Shown here: piece by piece, positions 24,771 to 36,021 of the stretch
How the letters are laid out: the number at the start of each line of letters is the position of its first letter
Position numbering within the stretch: position 1 is the stretch's first letter
Source of the DNA: Phyllobates terribilis
Taxonomy: Eukaryota
Length of the DNA: 64,000 bases
Assembly: GCF_046119375.1 (NCBI RefSeq)
Contig: NW_027362770.1
Span: forward strand, 179,490,001 to 179,554,000
Direction: 5' to 3'
Program-made: the position numbers and the translations under genes
Notes under the pieces: model-generated
The model's database searches: none
The model's input: only the letters and a program-made list of their open reading frames with translations
Told to the model about the DNA's origin: nothing

Positions 24771-25544
24771 GCGAATGCAGATTCCCTCTTCTGCGGATGC
24801 AGATTCCCTTTTCTGCGGATGCCGAGTCCCTCTTCTGCGGATGCAGAGTCCCTCTTCTGCGGATGCAGATTTCCTCTTCTGCGGATGCAGAGTCCCTCTT
24901 CTGCGGATGCAGATTTCCTCTTCTGCGGATGCAGATTCCCTCTTCTGCGGTTGCAGATTCCCTCTTCTGCGGATACAGATTCTCTCCTCTGCGGATGCAG
25001 ATTCCCTCTTCTGCGGATGCAGATTCCCTCTTCTGCTGGATGCAGATTCCCTCCTCTGCGGATGCAGATTCCTTCCTATGCGGATGCAGATCCCCTCTTC
25101 TGCTGGATGCAGATTCCCTCTTCTCCTGGATGCAGATTCCCTCTTCTGCTGGATGCAGATTCCCTCTTCTGTTGGATGCAGATTCCCTCTTCTGCGGATG
25201 CAGATTCCCTCCTCTGCGGATGCAGATTCCCTCCTCTGCGGATGCAGATTCCCTCCTCTGCGGATGCAGATTCCCTCTTCTGCGGATGCAGGTTCCCTCC
25301 TCTGCGGATGCAGGTTCCCTCTTCTGCGGATGCAGATTCCTTCCTATGCGGATGCAGATCCCCTCTTCTGCGGATGCAGATTCCCTCCTCTGCGGATGCA
25401 GATTCCCTCTTCTGTGGATGCAGATTCCCTCTTCTGCGGATGCAGATTCCCTCCTCTGCGGATGCAGATTCCCTCTTCTGCGGATGCAGATTCCCTCCTC
25501 TGCGGATGCAGATTCCTTCCTCTGCGGATGCAGATCCCCTCTGC
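24771..25544 (+). repeat. 22-bp minisatellite (GATGCAGATTCCCTCTTCTGCG)n, about 35 units
   Basis: Direct inspection; explains the overlapping repetitive ORFs. Confidence 0.95.
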
Positions 25545-26359
25545 TGCCATGTCAGAGATTACTAGCTGTGATTTAGTGCTGGTGAGTCTGAAGCTCCTTG
25601 TTAGCTGATTGATGCAGTATCAGATTTCTCATCCACACACTGCACCGACCAGCGACTCCAGCGAGCTCCGAGTAGACACTAAATCTCTGCTTGTAATCAC
25701 TAACACTGTGTCCTGTCACTGCACTCTGATTATTCCAGGCTGACCTCTGATCCTATCCCCCAGCTACATTGTCGAAAATATATTGTGTGCTATACACTGT
25801 TATGCACACGCCCGGACTGACTGGCGTGTGCGGGTGTTGTGGTTCCACTGGACCATGGACAGGAGAGTGCCTGGAGGGGCGTGACTAAGTATCTGGCCGA
25901 TCCGACCAAGGTGGCACGACGGCATACGACGCCAGTGCACCAGGGAGAAACCGGGCAGAGGGACCAGGTGCTACTCCAGGTCAAACTCCGGACACGGGGG
26001 TTGACCCACACTGGGATTACTGGAACAGGCAGGTTAGGCTGGCACAGACTGGTGGATGTAAGCAAACACGGCAGGTATGCAGATGGGTGGATACAGGCGA
26101 GTATGCAGGCAGGGAGGTACTGGCCGAAAGGACGGGCTGGAGCACAGAGAGGTTAAGACCCAGTACAGACTGGGTCACAGAACCGCAGATGCGGTAGACA
26201 ACCACAGCAGAGAGGGAACGCCCGAAGCGATGGGCAAGAACAGAGCAGGACGGGGCTGCAGGAGCAGCGAGCACAAGCAGGGCAGGACAGGACTGCCGGA
26301 GCAGCGGGCAGAAGCAGGGCAGGGCGCAAACCGCAGAAGCAGTAAGCAAGATAAGAGCA

Positions 26360-26955
26360 GAGCAGAAACCGCAGGAGCGGCAAGCAAGGCAGGAGCAGAG
26401 CGGACACCGCAGAGCGGTAAACAAGGCAGTAGCAGAGCAGAAACCGCAGGAGCGGTAAGCTAAGCAGGAGCAGAGTGGACACCGCAGAGCGGTAAACAAG
26501 GCAGGAGCAGAGCAGAAACCGCAAGAGCGGCAAGCTAAGCTGGAGCAGAGCGGACACCGCAGAGCGGTAAACAAGGCAGGAGCAGAGCAGAAACCGCAAG
26601 AGCGGCAAGCTAAGCAGGAGCAGAGCGGACACCGCAGAGCGGTAAACAAGGCAGGAGCAGAGCAGAAACCGCAAGAGCGGCAAGCTAAGCAGGAGCAGAG
26701 CGGACACCGCAGAGCGGTAAACAAGGCAGGAGCAGAGCAGAAACCGCAAGAGCGGCAAGCTAAGCAGGAGCAGAGCGGACACCGCAGAGCGGTAAACAAG
26801 GCAGGAGCAGAGCAGAAACCGCAAGAGCGGCAAGCTAAGCAGGAGCAGAGCGGACACCGCAGAGCGGTAAACAAGGCAGGAGCAGAGCAGAAACCGCAAG
26901 AGCGGCAAGCTAAGCAGGAGCAGAGCGGACACCGCAGAGCGGTAAACAAGGCAAG
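26360..26955 (+). repeat. 75-bp tandem repeat (about 8 units) inside the solo LTR
   Basis: 25-residue periodicity in all overlapping ORFs. Confidence 0.9.
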
Positions 26956-27204
26956 GGGATAGGACTCTGTTCACAAAGAACAGACGGAGAAGGAAAGGCA
27001 GAACCAGAAGCACTCACAGTACTTACATAGAAGTAGCGAGCGTACACTAAATTCACAACAGAGGTACAGAGACGACGAGAAGGAATTTAGGAGCGGGTTC
27101 AGACTCTGCAGAAAGACGCAGAAAACAGACATAGAGGGAAAAGGGAGACAAGGTTAAAGTAGAAACGAGGCACAGACAACAGGGAACAGAGGAACGGGAA
27201 CAGA

Positions 27205-27505
27205 GACAGCAAGGCAGGAACACAAACAGGACTCTGTTCAGACGGGAACAGATACCGCAAGGCAGGAACACAAACAGGACTCTGTTCAGACGGGAACAGA
27301 TACCGCAAGGCAGGAACACAAACAGTACTCTGTTCAGACGGGAACAGATACCGCAAGGCAGGAACACAAACAGGACTCTGTTCAGACGGGAACAGATACC
27401 GCAAGGCAGGGACACAAACAGGACTCTGTTCAGACGGGAACAGATACCGCAAGGCAGAGACACAAACAGGACTCTGTTCAGACGGGAACAGATACCGCAA
27501 GGCAC
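27205..27505 (+). repeat. 48-bp tandem repeat (about 6 units) inside the solo LTR
   Basis: GCAAGGCAGGAACACAAACAGGACTCTGTTCAGACGGGAACAGATACC repeated. Confidence 0.9.
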
Positions 27506-27944
27506 AGACAGGCAGATCTAGGAATACGGCCCCTAGAAGGCGAAAGAACAGGCAAGAAGCGTGTTCACAAGAACAGACCACAGTTCAGACACAGAACTGG
27601 AAAACAGGCAGGAAAACAGGATAGGACCTGGCATGTCAGAGACAAAAAGCCAACTGACAAGAAACAATGCTCAGGCGCCATCTTGAGGAAGAAGGTGGTA
27701 TAAATACCCAAAGATGGACAGCAATAGGCTGAAGGTGCAACAGGGGCGTGTCCGCAGCAGGTACAAGAAACAGGAAGTTCAGCGGGCGTCGCCCTATGCA
27801 GCCAAAACAGACAAACAGACAGCAAGGAGGGAAGCCAGAGAGACATTCTGGACAGGAGATCAAGTGCGCGCTCTTGCACAGTGGGAGATGGACCACTATG
27901 CAAGGACGCCGCCAGGTATGTTACATACACATACTCACAGATAC

Positions 27945-29370
27945 TCCTGCCTGCTCTCTGTTGCCCCTGCCTGCTCTCTGTTGCCCCGTTTCCTCTGCCC
28001 GCTGTTGCCCCTGCCTGCTCTCTGTTGCCCCGTTTCCTCTGCCTGCTGTTGCTCCTGTCTGCTCTCTGTTGCCCCATTTCTCCTGCCTGCTGTTGCCCCT
28101 GCCTGCTCTCTGTTGCCCCATTTCTCCTGCCTGCTGTTGCCCCTGCCTGCTCTTTGTTGCCCCATTTCTCCTGCCTGCTGTTGCCCCTGTCTGCTCTCTG
28201 TTACCCCCTTGTTTCCCCTGCCTGCTGTTGCCCCTGCCTGCTCTCTGTTGCCCTCTTGTTTCCCCTGCCTGCTGTTGCCCCTGCCTGCTCTCTGTTGCCC
28301 CCTGTTTCTCCTGCCTGCTGTTGCTCCTGTCTGCTCTCTGTTGTCCTCTTGTTTCCCCTGCCTGCTGTTGCCCCTGCCTGCTTTCTGTTGTCCCCTTGTT
28401 TCCCCTGCCTGCTGTTGCCCCTGCCTGCTCTCTGTTGCCCCCTTGTTTCCCCTGCCTGCTGTTGCCCCTGCCTGCTCTCTGTTGCCCCCTTGTTTCCCCT
28501 GCCTGCTGTTGCCCCTGATTGCTATCTTTTGCCCCGTTTCTCCTGCCTGCTGTTGCACCTGCCTGCTCTCTGATACACCTGCTTGCTCTGTTGCCGCAGC
28601 TTGCTCTCTTGCCCCTGCCTGCTTTCTTGCCTTTGCCTACTTCGTTTTACCTGCCTGCTGTTGCCCCTGCCTGCTGTTGCCCCTGCCTGCTCTCTGTTAC
28701 ACCTGCTTGCTCTGTTGCCGCAGCTTGCTCTCTTGCCCCTGCCTGCTTTCTTGCCTTTGCCTACTTTGTTTTACCTGCCTGCTGTTGCCCCTGCCTGCTC
28801 TCTGATACACCTTCCTGCTCTCTATAGCCCCTGCCTGCTCTCCCATACACGTGTTTGCTTTCTGTTACCACTGTCTTCTCTGTTTCCCCTGTCTGCTCTC
28901 TGATACGCCTGCCTGCTTTCTGTTGCCCCTGCCTGCTCTGTTTCCCCTGCCTGCTTTCTGATATATTTGCTTGTTCTCGGTTTCCCCTGCCTTCTTTGAT
29001 ACACCTGCTTGCTGTCTGTTGCCCCTGCCTGCTTTCTCTTTCCCCCACCTTCTTTGATAGGTCTGCTTGCTCTCTGATACACCTGCTTGCTTTCTGTTGC
29101 CCCTGCTTGCTTTCTGTTTCCCCCAGCTTCTCTGATAGGTCTGCTTGCTCTCTTTTGCCCCTACTTGTTTTCTGTTGCCCCTGCCTGCTCTATGTTGCCC
29201 CTGCTTGCTCTCTGATATGCCTAATTGGTGTTACCCCTGCTTGCTCTCTGATACGCCTGCTTGCTGTTGCCCCTGCTTGCTCTTTGTAAAGTGCTGCGGA
29301 ATATGTTGGCGCTATATAAATAAAAAATAATATATTTGATACACTTGTTCTCCGTTGCCCCTGCCTGCTC
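27945..29370 (+). repeat. Pyrimidine-rich degenerate satellite (CCTGCCTGCTCTCTGTTGCC-like)
   Basis: Direct inspection; part of the Charlie-like element interior. Confidence 0.9.
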
Positions 29371-29519
29371 TCTGTACAAGTTGTTTTTCCTAAACATAGT
29401 ACTCAAGTTGAATTGCTGTGTTGGCACTTTGCGATAAATAAGTGGGTTTTGGGTTGCAGTTTCGGCACTCGGTCTCTAAAAGGTTCGCCATCACTGGTCT
29501 AGACTTTTAGCTAAGATTA

Positions 29520-30399
29520 CCGTATTTTTCGGACTATAAGACGCACCGGACCATAAGACGCACCCCAAATTTTGGGGTGGATAATAGGTACCTGGCGGCA
29601 GCCGAAGAGGTGAGATACTGCGGGGCCGGTGGCCAGGCTGGGGCCTGTGGCCTGGCTGGGGCCTGTGGCTTGGCTGGTGTCGGGCCTAGACCTGTGCCTG
29701 GCTGTGGCCTTTCTGGGGACTGTGGCCTTTCTGTGGTCTGTGGGCTTTCTGGGGTCTGTACCTGTGCTGGCCGTGGCTGGTGTCTGGCAGTGAAGCAGAA
29801 GCGCCTTTCTGGGGCTGGAGCCGTGGCCTGTACCTGTGCTGGCCATGGCTAGTGTCTGGTGGTGAAGCAGAGGGGCCTTTCTGGGGCTGTAGCTGGGGCC
29901 TGTTCCTGTGCTGGCCGTGGCTTGTGTCTGGCGGTGCAGCTGAGCAGCGTGTGTGGCTTCCGGTGGCTGCCGCCATCTTCCTAAAGCTGTGATCTACAGG
30001 AAAATGGTCGCCGGAGCTCCTGGTCTGTGCATGCGCCGGCTCGGGTGGCCATTTTCCTGTAGATCACAGCCTCAGGAAGATGGCTGCGGACACCGGAAGC
30101 CGCACATGCTGCTCTGCCGCACCGCCCGACGACGCTCACAGCCCGGCACAGGTCCAGACCCGGGTCCCGGCCTCTCTGCTTCACCACCCGACACCATCCA
30201 CGGCCAGAACAGGTACAGGCCCCGGCTCCAGCCGCTCTGCCTAACCGCCAACAGCATCTCACCTCTGCCGCTGCCGGAGAACCCTGCGATCCCACTCCAC
30301 CACCACCGGTAAAGTAACGTTTGGGCCATAAGACGCACCCCCCATTTTCCTTCCAAGTTTGGGGAGGAAAAAGTGCGTCTTATGGTCCGAAAAATACTG
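29520..30399. mobile_element. Non-autonomous Tc1/mariner (Tc2/pogo-like) element
   Basis: TIRs CCGTATTTTTCGGACTATAAGACGCAC / GTGCGTCTTATGGTCCGAAAAATACTG with TA flanks. Confidence 0.88.
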
Positions 30400-31059
30400 T
30401 AATCTGTGCTACATTAAGTTTATCACTTAAACATGAGCCATGTATGAGGGAGTCGGGGTCGTGGAGTCGGAATTGGAGTCGGTGTCATGGAAATTGAGAC
30501 GTTGGAGTCGGAGGTTTAGCTTACAGACTGCACAGCCCTGCTTCCGGAGATGGGTCCTAGCAGAGAATGCTTACCCACGTGACCCCGTGCTTGTAATGCT
30601 GGAAGGTAATGGTCCTAAACAGGACTGATTAACAGTGACTTGTGATGGGTCCCGAGCGGGAGTTCCAGGGCGCCAGTAGTGGAAAGAGGTTGCGGAAATG
30701 CAGAGCAAGTAAAGACTGTAGCGTTAAAGCTGGATTGTGTTGAAGTAGGGAGAAATAGTGGACATCACGAGCCCTGGAGAAAACGACTTAGGAAGGAAAC
30801 TGTGTGGAAAATGCATCGACTTGTGAAGGAAATGTTCATAAGACTTTGTGCCCGCTATCCCTAGTATATAACCCTTATCAAGTTACCGTTCAGTAAAGAG
30901 TTTTTTTTTGACTTGTAGTCTGCCTCATTGAACTGTGAAACATCTGGTCCTGGCAAACCTACAACATCGGTTACAGGCAGCCTGCACAGGCATAATGTCC
31001 TCACAGCACAAGTCCATACACCCAGCCATGACACTGGTATTGTCGATGATCCGTTTATC

Positions 31060-31512
31060 CGAACCATCCAAATTTTGTACCGTCCCCTCTTTGTAATTCC
31101 CCTACTAAAATAAAATAAGAATACAAAGAGAGAGAGAGCGCAAAGACCAATAGAGTTTCACCTGTAGACATAGGAATGAATAATAAAAAGGTGGTGCTCA
31201 CCTGGTTTGGTTGTGTAAGGACACAACCACCATAACGTATAAAAAGCAGCTGCAGCGGACCTCCAATGGGTGTCCCACAGGACCAGAATAAATCCAAAGG
31301 CGGTGAAAGTAGAGATATACGTCCGCGTCGCTGAAAGATCCTCAAGTCAGGAACATGTAATAATATCCTTGTTTATATCTGTTGGTGCCCTGATGAAGGG
31401 GTGTGGAACACCCAGAAACGCGTAGGCATTTACCAATAAACAAGGATATTATTACATGTTCCTGACTTGAGGATCTTTCAGCGGCGCGGACGTATATCTC
31501 TACTTTCACAGC
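31060..31512. mobile_element. Penelope-like pseudo-LTR remnant in inverted arrangement
   Basis: 74-bp inverted arms (31303-31376 and 31436-31509, one mismatch) enclosing a hammerhead motif followed by AATAAA. Confidence 0.6.
31384..31430 (+). ncRNA. Type I minimal hammerhead ribozyme motif (Penelope-associated type)
   Basis: Stem I GGTGCC/GGCATT; core CTGATGA; stem II GGGTG-tggaa-CACCC; GAAA-CGCG-TA cleavage site. Confidence 0.65.
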
Positions 31513-31912
31513 CTTTGAAAATAAAATAAGACTCAGACACCATACTCTTTGGGAAATTCTGGCCACAGCAGCCTTTTTTTAAACAAAATTACATAGATAA
31601 ATCCAAATTAACATTCAATGGTGGGAGGGTCCTTGAAGCTCCAAAGATCTGGTGATTAACATAAAACCAACAATTAAAACCAACTTGCCCCCAGCCTTTA
31701 CCCCACTGGCTCGAGAGCACCATAACCCAAAAGGGTTCCATTAATTACTTCCACTTCCCAGGCTCCGACATTCCCTGCCGTGAGACCCCCAAAACCAGAT
31801 CAGCAACCAACGTTTACCAATTAAGGAATCCATACCCTAATGGACCCCCCATACCAATTTAAATCCAACTTCAAGGACCCCCAACCGCCACAACGAGGGC
31901 ACTTTGAATATC

Positions 31913-32485
31913 TCAAATGCCCGAGACCCCCCCCGAACGAAAAGCTATGGCCCTCTCGATGCCCTCTTGTAGCCCCAAAGCACACATGTCAATGCCCACA
32001 GCATTTAAATGTACGCCATCAGCCAACCAAAATTCACCCTCTCCTTTCTCCAAATCAAAATGCCGCACAGCAATCCCCCCATTCCTAGTAACAAAACTAG
32101 AGACTGCTCTATTAACTTTAATCCTGGCCTTATTGATTTTCTCAACTGACCTAGCCCTACGCCAACATCTCCGAGGGACAATCTCCGACCAAACAATAAA
32201 CAAACCTGGAAATGCCAACCACAATCGCAACAAATCATGTTTAACATCCCTTATCAACTCTCTGAAAGGGCGCAAACCCAGGTCGTTCCCACTCACGTGT
32301 AAAACCAAAACGTCAGGTGACCTATCTAAACGCACAATGTGATGTACCTCCTGCAGCACTCCACCTGATCACCGCCGTTTCTCTGTCAAAACCGAGCTGC
32401 CTTCCTGCAGGCCTTATATCCACCCTCAGTGCTCCCCAGTGCACGTAGTAGTGTCCCAGAATCCAAACCAACACGGAATTGGAAC
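31913..32485 (-). pseudogene. SGNH/GDSL-type hydrolase ORF of the Ngaro element
   Basis: Block I VWILGHYYVHW (Ser replaced by Tyr), block III HVSGNDL, block V DGVHL; one internal frameshift near 32340-32360. Confidence 0.8.
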
Positions 32486-32580
32486 CTGCAGAATAAACAC
32501 AAACAAACTTGAAAAACACTTGCCATAAACCACCAACAGCCATAAAATCCAACATTAAAGAGGCAGTTTACCTGCCTGAG

Positions 32581-33430
32581 CCGAGAATTGGATGTTTCGC
32601 CACCAGCAGTTTGCCCCAAGCAGTTCGCCCCCAGCAATTCGCCCCCGGGTACAATTCACCCCAGCACATTTCGTCCCCAGCATTTGGCTCCCAGGATGTT
32701 TTTCCCCTGCACATTTCACCCCCGCACATATCGCCCCCAGTTCGCGACCGGATGTTTCGCCCCCAGCAGTTCGCCCCCGGAGGTTTCATGTAGGGTGAGG
32801 CCTACTGATTCCAACTATGCCTCACTTGTTTAGTTGCAGTCTGATTCTCTGCTCAGCTTCAAAGTAGAAGTCCTGCCTTTGAGATACAGTGGTCTGCCAT
32901 ATTCATAAGCAGAGTGGTAACCTTGTCCACAACCATGATTTGCAGGTATCCAGCCATTGTCAATTACAGCCAGAGGACAAGGTTGTCGCATCAAACCCGC
33001 ATCACTAGATATCAATTTTAGTGTAGAATTTTCTGCTATAAAATAGCTGCAGATTGTCTGCTGCAACTACTTAGTGCATGTGAATGTACCTTAAGGATTC
33101 ATTAACATGTCTCCTAACCTCTGTGGATTATCCACAACTGTAGATACACAGCTATTCTGGTGTAGATAATTCTACACCAAAATCTCCATTTAGCTCTATG
33201 GATTTAGGTGCAGGTTTTAGTGCAGAATTTTAGCCCCGTGTCTGAATGGCTGGAATCTTCTAAACGTCCGGGGGCGAAACGTCCGGGGGCAAAACGTGCG
33301 GCTGCGAATCTTCCTGGGGGCGAAATGATAGGGGCGAAATGTGCAGGGGCGAAATGTACCTGGGGGCGAACTGCTGGGGGCAAACTGCTGGGGGCAAACT
33401 GCTGGGGGCGAATCTTCCTATAACCCCCGA
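32581..33430. mobile_element. 850-bp foldback-like insertion with inverted arrays of TTCGCCCCC / GGGGGCGAA, superfamily unassigned
   Basis: GCCTGAG at 32574-32580 and 33431-33437. Removing the insert restores YIRPQAG of the Ngaro recombinase. Confidence 0.75.
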
Positions 33431-33447
33431 GCCTGAGGTCGGATATA

Positions 33448-35086
33448 CAGTTATATGAAAAAGTTTGGGCACCCCTATTAATCTTAAGCTCAATGATTTA
33501 TAAAAATTGGTGTTTTTGCAACAGCTATTTCAGTTTGATATATGTAATAACTGTTGGACACAGTAATGTTTCTGCCTTGAAATGAGGTTTATTGTACTAA
33601 CAGAAAATGTGCAATCTGCATTCAAACAAAATTTGACAGGTGCATAAGTATGGGCACCCTTATCATTTTCTTGTATTAAATACTCCTACCTACTTTTTAC
33701 TGACTTACTAAAGCATTTTTTTTTGTTTTGTAACCTCATTGAGCTTTGAACTTCATAGCCAGGTGTATGCAATCATGAGAAAAGCTACTTAAAGTGGCCA
33801 CTTGCAAGTTGTTCTCCTGTTTGAAGAGTGGCATCATGGGCTCCTCAAAACAACTGTCAAATGATCTGAAAACAAAGATTATTCAACATAATTGTTCAGG
33901 GGAAGGATAAAAAAAGCTGTCTCAGAGATTTAACCTGTCAGTTTCCACTGTGAGGAACATAGTAAGGAAATGGAAGAACACAGGGACAGTTCTTGTTAAG
34001 GCCAGAAGTGGCAGGCCAAGAAAAACATCAGAAAGGCAGAGAAGAAGAATGGTGAGATCAGTCAAGGACAATCCTCAGACCACCTCCAGAGAGCTGCAGC
34101 ATCAACATGCTGTAGATGGTGTCAATGTGCATCGGTCAACTATACAACGCACTTTGCACAAGGAGAACCTGTATGGGAGAGTGATGCGAAAGAAGCTGTT
34201 TCTGCAAGCACGCCACAAACAGAGTCGGCTGAGGTATGCAAAAGCACATTTGGAGAAGCCAATTTCTTTTTGGAAGAAGGTCCTGTGGACTGATGAAACC
34301 AAGATTGAGTTGTTTGGTCATACAAAAAGGTGTTATGCATGGCGGCAAAAAAACACAGCATTCCAAGAAAAACACTTGCTACCCACAGTAAAATTTGGTG
34401 GAGGTTCCATCATGCTTTGGGGCTGTGTGGCCAATGCCGGCACCGGGAATTTTGCTAAAGTTGAGGGACGCATGGATTCCACTCAGTATCAGCAGATTCT
34501 TGACAATAATGTTCAAGAATCAGTGATAAAGTTGAAGTTACGCAGGGGATGGATCTTTCAGCGAGACAATGATCCAAAACACTGCTCCAAATCTACTCAG
34601 GCATTCATGCAGAGGAACAATTACAATGTTCTGGAATGGCCATCCCAGTCCCCAGACCTGAATATCATTGAACATCTGTGGGATCATTTGAAGAGTGCTG
34701 TCCATGCTCGGCGACCATCAAACTTAACTGAATTGGAATTGTTTTGTAAAGAGGAATGGTCAAAAATACCTTCATCCAGGATCCAGGAACTCATTAAAAG
34801 CTACAGGAAGCGACTAGAGGCTGTTATTTTTGCAAAAGGAGGATCTACTAAATATTAATGTCACTTTTCTGGTGAGGTGCCCATACTTATGCACCTGACA
34901 AATTTTGTTTGAATGCAGATTGCACATTTTCTGTTAGTACAATAAACCTCATTTCAAGGCAGAAACATTACTGTGTCCAACAGTTATTACATATATCAAA
35001 CTGAAATAGCTGTTGCAAAAACACCAATTTTTATAAAACATTAAGCTTAAGATTAATAGGGGTGCCCAAACTTTTTCATATAACTG
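33448..35086 (+). mobile_element. Full-length Tc1 element, 1639 bp, IR/DR type
   Basis: About 210-bp near-perfect TIRs starting CAGTTATATGAAAAAGTTTGGGCACCCC; internal GGGCACC direct repeats; TA TSD. Confidence 0.97.
33836..34858 (+). pseudogene. Tc1 DD34E transposase, 340 codons, with one nonsense codon
   Basis: ATG at 33836 (MGSSKQLSNDLK). TAA at codon 25 (33908-33910) where GEGYKK is expected. TDETK, DNDPKH and SPDLNIIE are intact, with 34 residues between D and E. Confidence 0.93.
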
Positions 35087-35088
35087 TA

Positions 35089-36021
35089 ACTCCGATAACG
35101 TCTCGACTCCCAATGCGCTGAATAGTCTCCCTATTAAGACCACCCTCAGCTGCTCCAATCCGAAACGAGTGTGACCCAAAACAGGATGAATCTAACCCCA
35201 ATGACTTTAAACACTTCCTGAACACTGCTATAAACTGGTATCTGGACAAGAAAGACCCGTCCTTGTGACACAATAATGGATCTCCCGGCTTTGGTTCAGA
35301 CTCCCTGAACAGCTGCAAGCATCTTAACGGACACATAAATGAATTCCTAACTGCTCCCCAAACTATGTGTCTTTTTTTTCCTACCTGATCCGTTTTGGAT
35401 TTCCAGGTCCAAAATTCCACACCTCTGGAGGTGCCCACCACATCTGCTGACAAAAGACCCCCACCCACTGATCTACTATGTGATACAATCTCACCCACCC
35501 TCAAAGCTCCAAAGAAGGCCAAGGAAAAGGCCAATCTAAAAAGACAAGTTTCAAACTCAGAGCAACACACAGAAGGTAAACACCCCCCCTATAATTTCCA
35601 AAATGCCAAATGAAACGGGCCTCCTAAAGTCCTCCTGCCCCTTCCCCCTCCGAAACCCCTTCAATGCCTGTTTTATCAGAAAACTTTTTGTTAAATCTCT
35701 CTGACCATGTAACTTAAAGCCAAAGGCCATAGCTGCAATAGTCCAGGAGATTTTTGCTACTGACCAATCCCCCGCAGCCCCTTGACTTATCCATGACAAT
35801 AATACTCCTAACTGATCATCCTCCAGAGCCGTAAGTCCAACTGTATTAAGCAAGCGGTCTTCCCATAATTGCCAGATAGATTTATACGCTTCCCAATTTC
35901 CCACCGCCAACGATGACCTAATCAGCGACTCAGCGGCCCGTATACCACCTTCCAAAGCTCCGGAGGGCAATCCAGCCCCTTGTCTGCCGCCTCTGGTGCC
36001 AACCGCCGGAAGCGCTCCCAT
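35089..36021 (-). pseudogene. Tyrosine recombinase of the Ngaro element, frameshifted; its C-terminal tip lies at 33438-33447 and 32572-32580
   Basis: FFGALRVGE (Arg) and FGSHSFRIGAA (HxxR) motifs; manual translation gives IQRIG..ESRRYRS|YIRP across the Tc1. Confidence 0.88.

Larger units (their letters stand above)
25798..27925 (-). mobile_element. Solo Gypsy LTR, 2128 bp
   Basis: TGTTATG...GTTACA termini with 5-bp TSD TACAC (25793-25797 and 27926-27930). Shares GAGGGGCGT(G/A)ACTAAGTATC with the LTRs at 58325 and 63271, which suggests minus orientation. Confidence 0.88.
24479..29496. mobile_element. Non-autonomous hAT (Charlie-like) element, 5018 bp, carrying satellites and a solo LTR
   Basis: TIRs CAGTGGTAGCGAACCT / AGGTTCGCCATCACTG; perfect 8-bp TSD GTCTAGAC (24471-24478 and 29497-29504), matching the NTCTAGAN preference of Charlie elements. 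Confidence 0.92.

Noticed and set aside
24771-25544. CRISPR-like regular array (also considered at 18446-18685 and 41000-41935)
   Set aside because: Units are contiguous with no unique spacers, there are no cas genes, and the context is vertebrate.
24695-29330. Long Cys/Leu/Pro-rich ORFs on both strands
   Set aside because: They are translations of 22-, 75- and 48-bp and CCTGC tandem repeats, open in several frames at once, with no domain signal.
24270-30540. Possible outer hAT bounded by CAGGGCTGTGGAGTC and GACTGCACAGCCCTG
   Set aside because: The ends are complementary but the 8-bp flanks differ (ATATGTGA versus CTTCCGGA), so a single insertion is not supported.
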